DNA from: Syncephalis fuscata S228
Lineage: Eukaryota; Fungi; Zoopagomycota
Direction of reading: 5' to 3'
DNA: 64,000 nucleotides
Assembly (NCBI GenBank): GCA_025786725.1
Contig: JAHLTZ010000014.1
Coordinates: forward strand, 434,001 to 498,000
The stretch's first letter is position 1. Every line of letters starts with the position of its first letter. Shown one piece after another: positions 36,872 to 49,406 of this stretch. The notes beneath the pieces were generated by a model, which saw nothing but the letters and a program-made list of their open reading frames with translations, did no database searches and was not told the origin of the DNA. Made by a program: the position numbers and the translations under genes.

Positions 36872-38026
36872 TTACTGAAAGAGACGAACATAAGCTAATG
36901 ATAAAATAGTAAGAAAGCTGTAATAATGATAATGATAATAATATGTCTATTGACTTACCGAGCACCAATGCGCCAGCACCAGTAATTGTACCTAAATACA
37001 TTAATACATCTCGTATTAACAAACAATCTAACAGATAATCTAAAAATGTCTTTTCTTACCAATCATATATTGAAGAATTTGGAATTTAATCGTCTCCATT
37101 TGTGTGCGTAAACTCTCGATTTCCGTTTCTATCTTCGTGTTGGTCTCGCGAATTCTAAGCTCTTGTAAGCTTGCCTCGTCACGAATACGTCCTTTTTCAA
37201 GATTCATATCAAGTCGAACACCCGCTTGTGTACGGGCAATTTCATCGCGTAAACGCTCTTTTAACTTTTCTGCTTCGGCCGAAAGCCGATTATTATCGCT
37301 TTTCATCATGGCAAAATCATTCTTGGTCAAAAGTTGAATTTCGGATTTTAACTTTGCAAAATCAACCTTGTAGGTATAGGCCGTCTAAAGTCATAATATT
37401 TACATTAGACTGGTATTACATATATATATATATATGTATATATATGTATGTATATATGTATTTTAATCTACCTTTTCTTGTTCTGCCTTGGTAACTGAAC
37501 TTTTTACCAAGTTTTCTAAACTATTGTTTGATAATTAGTATATAATTCGATACTATATTATCAATCTACCTTTCATTAATCACTTCCTGTAAGGATCGCA
37601 TAATAGCCTCAGATTGTTGCAAAGTAAATCCTTCAGCCTCTAGTCGTTGTACAAATTTGTAGCTATCAAATGAATAATAGTTACCGTGTTTCTGTGCATA
37701 AGAACGTCGTGACATTACAGCCTTGCCAATACTTGTCGGGACAGGTAATGACGCTGAATTAGCAGCGTATGAAGCATTTATAATGGGCCCGGTAGCACCT
37801 GCAGCATTTATACGCCCAACAGTACTATGTTCCTCGTTAGGTGCTGTATCGACTTTGGCTAAATTCGTATGCTGAGTTTTATGGCCATTTCAGCTAACCG
37901 TTATTATTACTTACTATGAATCAGCGCACTATTGCTTACTACGAATCTATCAGCTACTCTTATTTGCGTGATACGTGTCCATGGTTGATGTCCACGCTGG
38001 ATAACGTGTGGTACTCGCCTAAACAT
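36872..38026 (-). CDS. Mitochondrial CCDC90/MCUR1/FMP32 (DUF1640) family protein, multi-exon
   Basis: Arg-rich presequence MFRRVPHV, FDSYKFVQRLEAEGFTLQQSEAIM, AGVRLDMNLEKGRIR and C-terminal ILQYMIGTITGAGALVLAYVRLFQ*. Confidence 0.9.
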
Positions 38027-38325
38027 TCGAGAGAAAAAGATCAAATACAAAGTATATAGATTTACTAGTGTAAAAAGTAACATGTATTTATTTCACGACC
38101 ATTTTCCTTCTTTTAATGGCCGTCAGTCTAATAATTAAATACATTTATTACAATTGCAATGCCATAACTTATTATAAAGACAATTTATCATATTCAACCA
38201 ACTTGCTTTTTTAATAAAAGCAATTAACTGCAAATATTTCTTTTATTACTTAAAGCTTACGTCACCAAGCAAAAGACACAATATTACGTGTCCAATTTCT
38301 TTCTCTTGTTCTCCATAGTTATACA

Positions 38326-39328
38326 ATGAGTTCTGGTGCGCAAATCTACATTATTACTGGCGCAAATCGTGGCTTTGGTCACGCAGTTGCAAAAGCGCTT
38401 GCTGAACGAGTAAATGACCCGAATTTGCTTCACCTGATCCTTGTTGGGCGTAATGCAACCGGTCTTCAGGCTGTTGCGACGGAATTGCAAACAAAAGCAA
38501 CAACCTATATTGTTGACTCAGTTGATATGAGCTCAATGGACTTGCTCGATAGCAATTTGGAACGTATTTTTACTACTTACAAAGCAGGTTTATTTTAAAG
38601 CAGATATTGACCAATACTAATACTAAGCTGTAGGAAATACGTGCCGAGAACAGTGCTAGCTTCTCGCGTGTTGCTTTGGTCAATAATGCCGGTGCACTTG
38701 GTGATTCGTGGCGTACACTTGCCGAACATGATTGGAAAATGGCACGCGCCTATTATGATGCCAATGTCATTGCTTTCATTGCTCTTACGTAAGTTGATAT
38801 ATCTATATTGATCGGCATCAACTAATTTAGTAATAGCTCCTATTTTCTAAAAACCGTTCGAGCAGATAAAGATATAACACGACAAATGGTCAATGTATCT
38901 TCATTGCTGGCCATCCAGCCTACAGAGCGGTGGTCGCTCTATGGCTCTACTAAGGCTGCCCGCAATGCCTTAACAGCAACTGCTGCTATAGAAGAAGCCG
39001 TAAGTAGCAAATACCATTATCAATGCGGTTACTTATAATAAGCTATTATAGGAATATGGCACGAAAACGCTCAATTATGCGCCAGGCCCATTGGACAACG
39101 ATATGCATTGTGAAATACGAAAAACTGCTACTGCTTCAAACCAAGAGACTTTATATTCTAAACAGTTCTCGATTGTAAGTCTAAACTACTAGACCATTAT
39201 ATTTAGCTAACCGTTGTTTATTGTAGGAATATATGGTAGATCCAATGGCATCTGCCACAAAATTGGTTAATTTGATAACTGAGAATACATTTAAATCTGG
39301 TGCACACATCGATTACTTTGACATTTAA
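38326..39328 (+). CDS. Short-chain dehydrogenase/reductase, sepiapterin reductase/Irc24-like, multi-exon
   Basis: ITGANRGFG, NNAG, VNVSS, WSLYGSTKAAR (YxxxK), NYAPGPLDNDM and SGAHIDYFD. Confidence 0.92.
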
Positions 39329-39384
39329 TAAATAGCTTATGTTAATGTGTATCATTTTGTTTATTAATCATAATGTGCTATCGA

Positions 39385-40571
39385 TTAATGCTTCGCTTTA
39401 CGGTCACGGTCACCACCTACGCCGCCATATTCATAAAAGCCTGATCCAGTCTTGCGTCCAAGCTTGCCTTCCGCAACCAATTTGTTTAATGTGGGCGATT
39501 CTTTAACAAGTTCGCTGTTATTTAAATCAGTGTTTGAATTACGCCAGCCGTCAGAGATGAATTTCAGTGTATCAAGTCCAATATACTATATGTATATATA
39601 TATATATAATTTTTATATAGCTCTATTAGTATTGTTGTATAAATACAGTATGCATTGCACTTACGTCCATAAGTTCAAATGGACCCATTGGATAGCCGGC
39701 GCCCAGCTTCATTGCTGTATCAATATCTTGTACACTGGCATCACCTCGCTCTTCAAGGCGGAGTCCTTCCATAATATATGGAACTAATAGTCGGTTAACA
39801 ATAAATCTATCCCATTGTATTAGCATTAGTGAATATTTACATACAGTATATTTAAACTCACCCAGGTGTGTCCTTGCAGGAAACTGGCACCTTGCCTAGA
39901 CGGCGACTGAATTCCATTAAGTCAGCAAATACTGCATCGTTTGTATCGGCGGTGCGGATAACTTCAACCAGCTTCATTTGCGGTACTGGATTAAAGAAGT
40001 GCAGACCACCAAATCGTTCTGGTCGCTTAGTTGCGCTAGCAATGTCGGCAATTGGTAGCGAGGATGTATTAGAGGTGAATACAGTCTTGGCAGGTGCTGC
40101 GGCATCGAGTTGTGCGAATAATCGGCGTTTTGTATCAATGTTCTCGACGATGGCCTCAATGACCAAGTCGGCTTGGCTAACGGCACCAACTGTATCGGTC
40201 GAGGTTGCAACACGTGAAAAAACGTCATCGATCAATTTCTTTTGTGCGGTATTATCCTCTGGATGAAGTTTACGCGCGACGCGTGTCAACGACGAGCGAA
40301 TAATGCTACGGCCATTATTAAGAGCTGCGTCGTTTACGTCGACCATCGTTACTTGGAAGCCCTTTTGGGCGGCAACTTGCACGATGCCAGCGCCCATCAG
40401 ACCCGAACCGTAAACGGTGACATTACGGAAGGATAGTGGGCGTTCGGACGACTGCGACGGCGCGACAGATGTGCCGCTTATACCACGCTGTTGACTATTT
40501 GTCGAAGCAGCAGCCATACCTTGACGAGCAAGAGAGGCAATACGGACTTGTTGGCGCAATAATAAAGACAT
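39385..40571 (-). CDS. HADH: Mitochondrial short-chain 3-hydroxyacyl-CoA dehydrogenase, 3 exons
   Basis: [49 protein letters not shown] and [12 protein letters not shown]. Confidence 0.94.
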
Positions 40572-40736
40572 CAGTAGATTTAACTAGTTATAAAGATAAT
40601 TGCAGCAAAGCTATGTACGAGGCGAGAATAAGTGATAAAGCCACGGGAAAGTGTCGGCCACGTTTACACTTATATGATAAACGCGCGGGTCATAATAGCC
40701 GATGATGCATCCAATAAATCACATGATATAAATGTA

Positions 40737-41962
40737 CTTTGCTTTCATCAAGATATATATGAAATAAAAGAAACAGTTTCTACAAACCTGTATACACTTG
40801 ATATGTATAATAATGGCAATAAGTTACTAAAGACAAATTCATTGTATTTATGTTTATTATATTGTTTTACACGTACAATGTATTTATTTGTTTTGTTAAG
40901 CTAGTAAGGATATTGCTTTACTTTCAGAGTATGTTAGTATTATTTCTGTTATTTTACGAATAATATGTTGTATGATATATTGTCAATCAGCCTGAAGTTG
41001 CTTTTGTTCATTTTAGCTCATCTTTCTATTATAGTCATCAGTAAATAATGATATTTTTTGATAATACTATTTAGTGTTAAATAACTTTTATTATGTGTTT
41101 ACTCTTGTTATACTTGCTATTTTACTTATAGTATGTGGGATTAAAAGCCACAATCTGTGCCGTTCGACTTGATATATGATAATAATTCTAGATACTAGCT
41201 ATTAAATAAAGCCTATTTTGATTTCTTTGCTAGTTGTTAATATGCATATTGTTTGTAAAATATATCGGCTCATAGCTATGTACATTAAACAAGCTTAGTT
41301 ATATTACTATTCAAATAACAATTTGGTGTTTTGACACAGTGGCTATGCATGTTTACACTGTAATCGATTGTATTTATTTGCAGTCATACCATAAATAGTC
41401 TTGGGTGTATCGTCATCATATTGCTTTGGCAATATCATACTAAAACTAACATAATAATGGGTTTAATTTTAATAACTGGACAGTATGGTTTACTTTTGTA
41501 TTTCTGTTGAGTAAACTAAACAATTAAACAACATTATAGCAAAAAGATTGGCGTCGGATTAGCACAATTCAATATATAATATTGGTTTTATTGTTTTGTC
41601 ATTTACTTTGGCTATCTGTATTGCTATGTAGTAGCATTGCAATATTAACAGGCAATATCTATTAATCATTACATATTTAACACATTTATGCTGCTAAATA
41701 CAATGATATTTAGTCTAAGCAATTAACAAACGTGTATTAAGTAATAATAGTAATAATGCTAAAGATTAGCAGAAAGCATTGTAAGATAGTAGACAACAAG
41801 CAAACGATAAACCGAAATAACAAGATTGAACAGTGAATATCATTAATCTGAATATGTGCTTTAAAATGATCGATGTTTATTAGTCATTATGGTGCTATGT
41901 TTTTATACAACCGTTACTAGAGATATGGTCCGATATGGATTAAGTGTTTGATTTTATACTAT
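40737..41962 (-). repeat. Dispersed repeat family A, copy 3 (longest, about 1.23 kb)
   Basis: Reverse complement of copies 1 and 2; spans both ends seen in those copies. Confidence 0.95.
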
Positions 41963-41966
41963 TGCA

Positions 41967-42621
41967 ATAAAACTTGACTAATACCAATAAGATGGTATTA
42001 ATGCAAAAACCCATGCTTTATTAGATAGTAGACAGCCATTTATACTAGGTGTATGTTACCCATATAATTAATAATGGGAATTCGTATACCTTTTAAAGCT
42101 CAGTGGCCAGTGAGTCTGAAAATTCAATTTAGCTCATGACAATATTACAATTAGTTACATTCGATAAAACTACACTTATTCATTTAAGCAATAATACCAA
42201 CCGTTTACTTGGTTAATTGCTTTATTTAATTATGTTACCATTATTGCACTAATAACGTGTGTTATTTGTTATCCAACTTTTTAGCTTTTAATTTGAAAAG
42301 CTGATGGACCCTGACATTTATTCATTAGATTGAATGGCATTTTTAACTACATAGCATGTTATGTGGAATGCCACAATATTATACAGTTTATTAAACATTT
42401 AATATAATTTGGTGTACAATAGCTATATTTAATAGTATTTGTTTAATTAAACTAAATAATCGCTTTATTAAAGGTGGAGCTGGATGGTAAATAACAGCAG
42501 ATCAAAATAATCATCTATAGATTTATAATCACCACTATAATACTACATGTATATATATCCTTTATCCATACATATCATTAACAACAACGACAACGACAAC
42601 AACAACGTTCTATTCGCTATA
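41967..42621 (+). repeat. Dispersed repeat family B, copy 1 (about 0.65 kb, non-coding)
   Basis: Near-identical to 62344-62987 from ataaaacttgactaatacc to ttctattcgctata, with a length-variable (CAA/CGA)n tract near the end. Confidence 0.95.
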
Positions 42622-42741
42622 GCCATAGTACATCTTTATAATGTAAATAATTGGTTAAACCAAGATGAACTACAACCAATAACAAAATAATCATTATGCC
42701 TATCAATGACAGCCCATATAAACATACATGGCCATCTTTAT

Positions 42742-44198
42742 TTAAGCTGAAGTTATTTTCGATATATCAATATTTCTTGGATACTGAGCACCGCTTAGAC
42801 GAATGACTTGACCGGCCAAGTAGTGGCCGACATTGATGCAGTCGGTGACTGGCTTGCCTTGAATAAGCTGAGAGAAGAAGCCACCGACAAAGGCATCACC
42901 GGCACCGTTTGTGTCTTCAATCTCCGAGCTAGGTACAGGCGTCACAGGGAAGGTGCGCACCTGGCTTACGGAGCGCTGTCCTTGAACTGCCAGAATTGTA
43001 GACTCAGAACCGTGCGTAATAAGTACTTGACGGAATCGGCGAACATTCACCTTTGGTAGATTGGCCATTAAGATGGCGATTTCATGTAAATCGGTCGTCT
43101 ATAATAGATAAATAGATGGGTAACGATTAGTAAATAGAGTGTATATACATCACACGGTTCCCATTCAATTACCTCATGACCTTGGCTCTTAGCCCAGGCA
43201 ACTGCTTCGGTTTCATTACCGAAAATGTAGTCCCAATAAGGAGCAGTTTCATTCATTTGTTGACCGAAGAATTCAGGAAGGAATGGAGCTGAAAGGTTCA
43301 TACCAAATACCTATGCATAATAAACAGTTAATACCATTGACATAAATAAAGTATTTAACTGCTATTTACCTTGTTCGTCTCGGCGGCATGCTTGGCCAAA
43401 GTAAGAATACTATCCAAAGATACGGTAAGGAAGTAACCTTCAACGTAGAAGAATTTGGCCTTTTCAATTGCACTCTTGACGTAAGGTTGTTCCAAATGAG
43501 AAGAGTGGAACTTGTTGGCAGCAAGTAATTCGTTACCAATGAACTAATTGTATATAGTTGCTATCAATATACTAGACTATTTATTAACCAACATGTAACT
43601 TACCGATCCTGACCAGTGATCAAAATAGCACAGACACCCGTTGGTGTATCTGAATCGGCAAGATATTCAACTTTAAGACCATCTTTGGCGGCAGCAGTGC
43701 GTAATTCATCGGAGAAACTATCTTTACCAACGCATCCAGTATAAACAGTTGAATTTGGAGGCAAAAGGCTCTAAATAATTATCATAATAGCAATAACAAT
43801 AATCATCACTGTTATTACATATAAAAACTAATAGTTATAATAATTACTTGAGCACCACGAAGGGCATTTTGTGAAGAACCACCAGCAATATATTCAGTAG
43901 TATAAGTATCAATTACTTCTTGATAGCTACACATATTATTAACATGTTATTATAATGCGTTATTTTTATTACTAATTCGTTACTTACATTGGCGTATGCT
44001 TTTCATCGGCTAGAATTGCGTCGTTACTTTTAAGATCATACCTAAATACCGCTACTGTGTTAATATTGAATAGTTATATTAATGGTATATAACTTACTTT
44101 GTCAAAAAGGAGGTATCAACCTTAGCGGAGATATCCAACAACGGGTTACCAAGACCGAATAAAACACCTTCGTATTGATTGTTATCTGACGAGGCCAT
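42742..44198 (-). CDS. ADO1: Adenosine kinase, multi-exon
   Basis: LGNPLLDISA, IAGGSSQNALRGAQ, MNLSAPF, FGNETEA and DTNGAGDAFVGGF. Confidence 0.96.
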
Positions 44199-44363
44199 GT
44201 TGTTAACAGCGTAAAGAAAGTAAAAGTAACTATTCAAAAAGTAATGGTAGCGAAGAAAAGAAAACGACTTGTCCAAATAGGATGACGTGATTCCAACTAA
44301 ACTATAAATAAAAACTACTTGACTTTACACATCACAAATATAAACTGCTTTATTTAATAGTGA

Positions 44364-47134
44364 TTATTGTCGATCTCGACCAAATTCATCCGTCAATTCA
44401 CTGGTTAAATTGGATGATGATGAAGATGTTGTCGGTGGTGGATATTGACTATGGTCATCATTAAGTCGTGGTCGTGACCAAGTCCGATGTATTTCTGGTG
44501 ATCGAGATCGAGATCGATGTGTTGTGGTGGTTGTTCGTGTCAATGATCCACCTCGTCTCATATCGTGTCCTCGATGTGTATGATGTGTAAATCGATCATT
44601 ACTTCGACCACCACGGAATCGTCGTTGATTGTGTATTGATGTAGTAAAGTGTCGTGGTCTTTGTGCGTTGTTATTTGAATAGTGTTCATATTCATTATCT
44701 CGGTCATTGTAATTAGACATTGATCCCGATAATGTTTGTTGATGTCGTGGTATGAATTCATTCCCATCATTTACATTAAATTGATCAGGTGTCTTGTAAT
44801 AGGGTTGATTGGCTTGATAAAGTATTGTTGGCTTAGATATAGGTATAGTGGGTAATTGTGCTTGTTCTCCAGGTTCTTCAACAGAAACACCACCTATAAG
44901 TGATGTTATTGTAGCATCATATCCACCTACTGGTGCATCTCTTAAATACTGTTGATCATTTAATGTTAATTCATTAAGTGGAATGATTGAATGACCTTGT
45001 TGGAAATCAAATCGAGATTTAGGACCAAAAGCACAACGCCATCCAACCTATAATTAGTATTAGTACTATGATTAATATTGTCATAGCTATTTTATTTACC
45101 TTAATGGATAGACCATTATTGAGTGTAGCATTTGTACGTAATGATTCACGAGCCTGTTTAGCAATAGCATGACTATTCATGGTTACTAAAGCAGTTGCCG
45201 TTGATCGATCCATCTATTAAATATTATTCGTTAATACTGGCTAATACACATATTTATAGTAACTACTTCAATATGATCAATAATTCCAAATACGCCAAAC
45301 CGCTCATTTAAATCATGTTCCATAATTTGTTCTTGAATACCGCCAACGTACAGTGTCCGTCCCAATACTAATCGTTATATTGGCATCTATTATATTTAAA
45401 CCTAGATAAATAGCTTACCTTTTAACTGTGTTTTATCTATACTGACATCAGGCTGTACACGTCCTATACTCGCATTGTAATTTACAGATGATGCTGTTGA
45501 TGATGACAGTAATGCTGGTAATAACGATGAATGGCTAGTAGATTGTAGTATAGTAGCAAGTGTATTCAATGTATTATTTGATAGTAATGATGTTTCTTGT
45601 CGATTAACGCTTGGTGTTTGTCTATGTATAAATAAAAGAAATGTTCATTGGTATAAGGAAAACACTTGGATTAATACACATGACGTGTATTGACTATGTA
45701 ATAAACTGAATACATCTACTTAATTACTGCTATTATGACGATCATTACAACAATTATTGTTATTATTACAACACGCTCACACGTCAAGACCGTAGATAAA
45801 AGGCCGAACGTTTATTGACGTTCACCTATCATACATCGCTATTACTTACCCTTGATGATCGGTAAGTCCTAATACTGGTAGTGTTTGGTCATTCATTTGT
45901 ACATTCATATGAGGATGGTTATGGTTAGCAGTAGTAGCAGTAGTAGCAGTAGTAGTAGTAAATGGAATAAAAGTAGGTTCGGTGTTAAGGGACGGTAAAC
46001 TATTCATATTATTATAAATATGACTATCTTTCATATGAGATACTGTAGATAAATTAGTTAAAGGTAAAACAGCCATATTATCAATATCATATTGATGATT
46101 AGTCTTGTTAGTCTTATTATTATTACTATTGTTATCAGTACCATGATAATTAGTATGATCATTGTTACGAATGTCGTCATCGTCATCGTCATAATTATAA
46201 TTCAATGGATCGTTTAAATTACGTGGTGATTGAGATGGAATAGCTGTATTATTTATATCATTGCTATTACTACTATCCTTATTAGTAGGTAATCCAGATA
46301 GTTGTGTTTGAAGCATAGATATTAACTGAGGATTTTGTTGTAATGCACTTTGTAATATTTGATTTACATCCACTGGTTGTTGTTGTTGGTTGATCTATCG
46401 CGTTTAATTCATGGTTATTGTGGTTATCATTATTGTTATTGTCGTTAGATAGAGATACAGATGGTGGATTACTAGTTGATTCAACTATTGTACTATTAGC
46501 TATGTACTATTAAATAGACATCCTATTTAGTAAATAATATGATAATCACTTACCATTATCACTAAAATACTCATGGCGTATTTTTTCCAGTGTCACACTA
46601 TCAAAAGTCTCAAATTTCTCCCATATATCAATTAACTTTTTTCCTTTTTCCTAATACAATAATAATGAATATAATTATACTAACGCTATATGATTAATCA
46701 ATTACTTTTGCAAGTTCCCCTGAGTCAATGACGAGATGAACCATATTACTGAGATCACGTGCAAATCGTTGTGCATACTCCTTTGTAAAACCTAGTTCCT
46801 GACGACTAATCTTTTGGGCTGCTTCTAGTTTACGTGCTACAGACAGCCCCTGGCGACAAATACTATCGATAAGATAAAGACCTGATAGTCTGTATTCCCG
46901 TGGACATTTTCTAATAAATCGCTCTACGCTGTATACAATTGCTTTGTAGTTCTAATCGAGTCGGTGAATACATCAGAAACATACGTTTACTTGGGCACTT
47001 ACATTGGCATATCTGACTGCCAATTGCGTCAATTGTTCCACTTTAGCGGTTTTGATAGGTGGTTTCACGCCAAGTAAAGCGTGTAATTCCTTGTCAAAGA
47101 TTAGCAACGAATCACGGCTACTCATTGTGGTCAT
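44364..47134 (-). CDS. CID plus RRM RNA Pol II termination factor (Seb1/Nrd1/SCAF8-like), multi-exon
   Basis: CID: FDKELHALLGVKPP...RLSGLYLIDSICRQ. RRM: RTLYVGGI...KVGWRCAFGPKSRFDFQQGHSIIPL...GG, the Nrd1/Seb1 extended-RRM signature. RS/RGG-rich tail. Confidence 0.88.
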
Positions 47135-47442
47135 TGCTAGTTAGTAAACGATCGTAACAGTGGCTAATCGAGCATACAAACAAACAAACAAACAAACAAG
47201 CAAGTAAATAAGCCAATCGAAAGTTAAGGGTGGTAAAAATATTTAATCTGTGCAAGTTTCAAATTTAACAGTTTCCACACTTCCTTAACAACATCGATAA
47301 CAAGTAACCATCATCATCATCACCGTCACCGTCACCATTATTACTATTGTTACAATAGTAACAGTAATAGCAGTACCATTGATAGTAACGGCCATTGTAA
47401 TTGTAATTGTAACGGTAACACGAATAACTATTAAAATCAACG

Positions 47443-49374
47443 ATGGACCACGAATCAAGTCAACGATCGGGTAGAATGGTCGATTGGTGTATTCTACTGC
47501 TATTTTGTTCAATAAGTGCAATATTAGGAAGATATTCTGTCGAGTGTTCTCAACATTGTGCCTATTCATCGACCAGTAGCGCTCCTCTCCCGTCATCTAG
47601 TGTTTATACTCCTCAGCAGGCACAATTTTGGTCATTTACGGCAATTGTTGTTGGTTTGATGTTTATCAGTGGACTTTCATCAGGTAACTAATGGTGTATA
47701 ACTATTAGTATATTATTTAGTATATTGTATAATAGGTCTACAACCAGCACTGCTTGCTTTGGATAACACCAATTTGCATATTATACGTAATATCGGTACA
47801 CCAATACAACAGGAATGGGCAAGTAAAATTCTACCTATTAGAAAAGATACGACACTATTGATGGTTACCCTCGTGTTGACCAATACACTGGCCAATGAAG
47901 CATTACCGTAAGTTTGAACAAATTATAAACTGTTTACTAACTGGTTTCTGTAGAATGGTAATGAATACGGTCGTTGATGGCAGCTTCATTCCTGTGCTGC
48001 TCTCATCGATAGGAGTATTTATATTTGGTGAGCTTGTCCCTCAAGGATTGTGTTCTCATTACGGTTTAATGGTGAGCGCATGGCTTACCTGGTAAGTGGA
48101 ATATGCTGTATAAATGGCTAGCTGATCTGTTTTTACTAGGCCAGTAAAATTCCTAATGATTATATTTGTAAGTAAATGAATATTAATAGTATACATATTT
48201 TATTAACATTATTACAGTGGATTATTGTCAAACCTATTGCACTACTATTAGATTTAATATTTGGTAAAACACGCGGTATGGTATATCATCGACCAGGTAA
48301 TGACATTGTGTACATATAGCTAGGCATTATCCATTAATAATCTAATAAATACTGTTAGAATTGAAGGAATTGGTCACCTATTATGGCGATCCTGAACATG
48401 GCGATCTTTCATCAGAAGAAGTAAAAATTATTCGTGGTACATTGGATTTACAACTTAAAACGGCCGGTGATATCATGACACCTGTAAATAACTGACTATC
48501 AATTAAAGTAAATAGCTACTAATCCATAGTATTTATAGTTATCACAAGTATTCTCTATCGATATTGATGCCGTATTGGATGAAGAACTATTGGAACTTAT
48601 TGCTAAAGAAGGCTACAGCCGCATTCCTGTATATCAAAATGAAAAGAATAGTGTTATTGGTGTATTACTAACCAAGGTAATGAGCCACTAATAGATTATA
48701 TCAATATAGTAACTATACATTTAATTAGAATTTAATTGGTATTCATTCCGATGACGGTATACCAGTAGGAGAAGTTTGTACTCGACCCTGCTTAACTGTA
48801 GCCTCAGATACTTCATTATTGATTTTATTATTAACATTTGAAAAGGGCACTAGTAAGTAGTGTAGTATATTATAAAGCATTATTTAATCTAATATAATCT
48901 AATATATACATATTATTATTGCCATTAGGTCATATGGCAATGGTTAAAGGTTCAGATAGTGATGTTATTATAGGTATTGTTACATTAGAGGATGTTATCG
49001 AAGAAATGTTACAACAGCAAATATTCGATGAATCTGATTTAACAGTTTATCGATTGGCTCAACAGCAAATTAATAGGGCTATCAAGAAGTTTGCTTTATT
49101 AAATCGTGCCAATCTTCAACAGAATCAACAAAGACAGCGTCGATGGTCAGAATATAACTGTAGTCAGTCAACTAGTAATAAGAGCACCGGTAAACATGCT
49201 AGAAATGCTAGTGTTGATCAAACGGCAAATCCATCAATGTATAGGACAGCCAGTACGAGTAGACATCAATTCTCACCCGGGCAAGATAAAGCAATACATA
49301 TTATTGTTGAAGAGCCTCAACCGCCTAATGAGCACTCATCATTGTTACCACAATCGTCTACCAATCACAGTTGA
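47443..49374 (+). CDS. CNNM/MAM3-like membrane protein (DUF21 plus CBS pair), multi-exon
   Basis: FISGLSSGLQPALLALD, LMVTLVLTNTLANEALP, IFGELVPQGLCS, EGYSRIPVY and IGIVTLEDVIEEML. Confidence 0.9.
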
Positions 49375-49406
49375 TCATTTTATTATTACTTTGCTATGAA
49401 TGATGT

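Noticed and set aside
40632-40904. Repeated peptide NNGNKLLKTNSLYLCLLYCFTRTMYLFVLLS (also at 29046-29264)
   Set aside because: A by-product of repeat A identity; the starts are not shared between copies and the composition is AT-biased.
41125-41172. tRNA/SINE-like A and B boxes inside repeat A (tagtatgtgg...gttcgac)
   Set aside because: Degenerate, internal rather than 5'-terminal, and no cloverleaf can be drawn.
42336-42378. Hairpin followed by ACA in repeat B as an H/ACA snoRNA
   Set aside because: The hairpin is too short, with no clear pseudouridylation pocket or H box.
35357-44198. BCAT, SDR, HADH and adenosine kinase as a metabolic gene cluster
   Set aside because: Housekeeping genes of unrelated pathways, with no backbone synthase or regulator.
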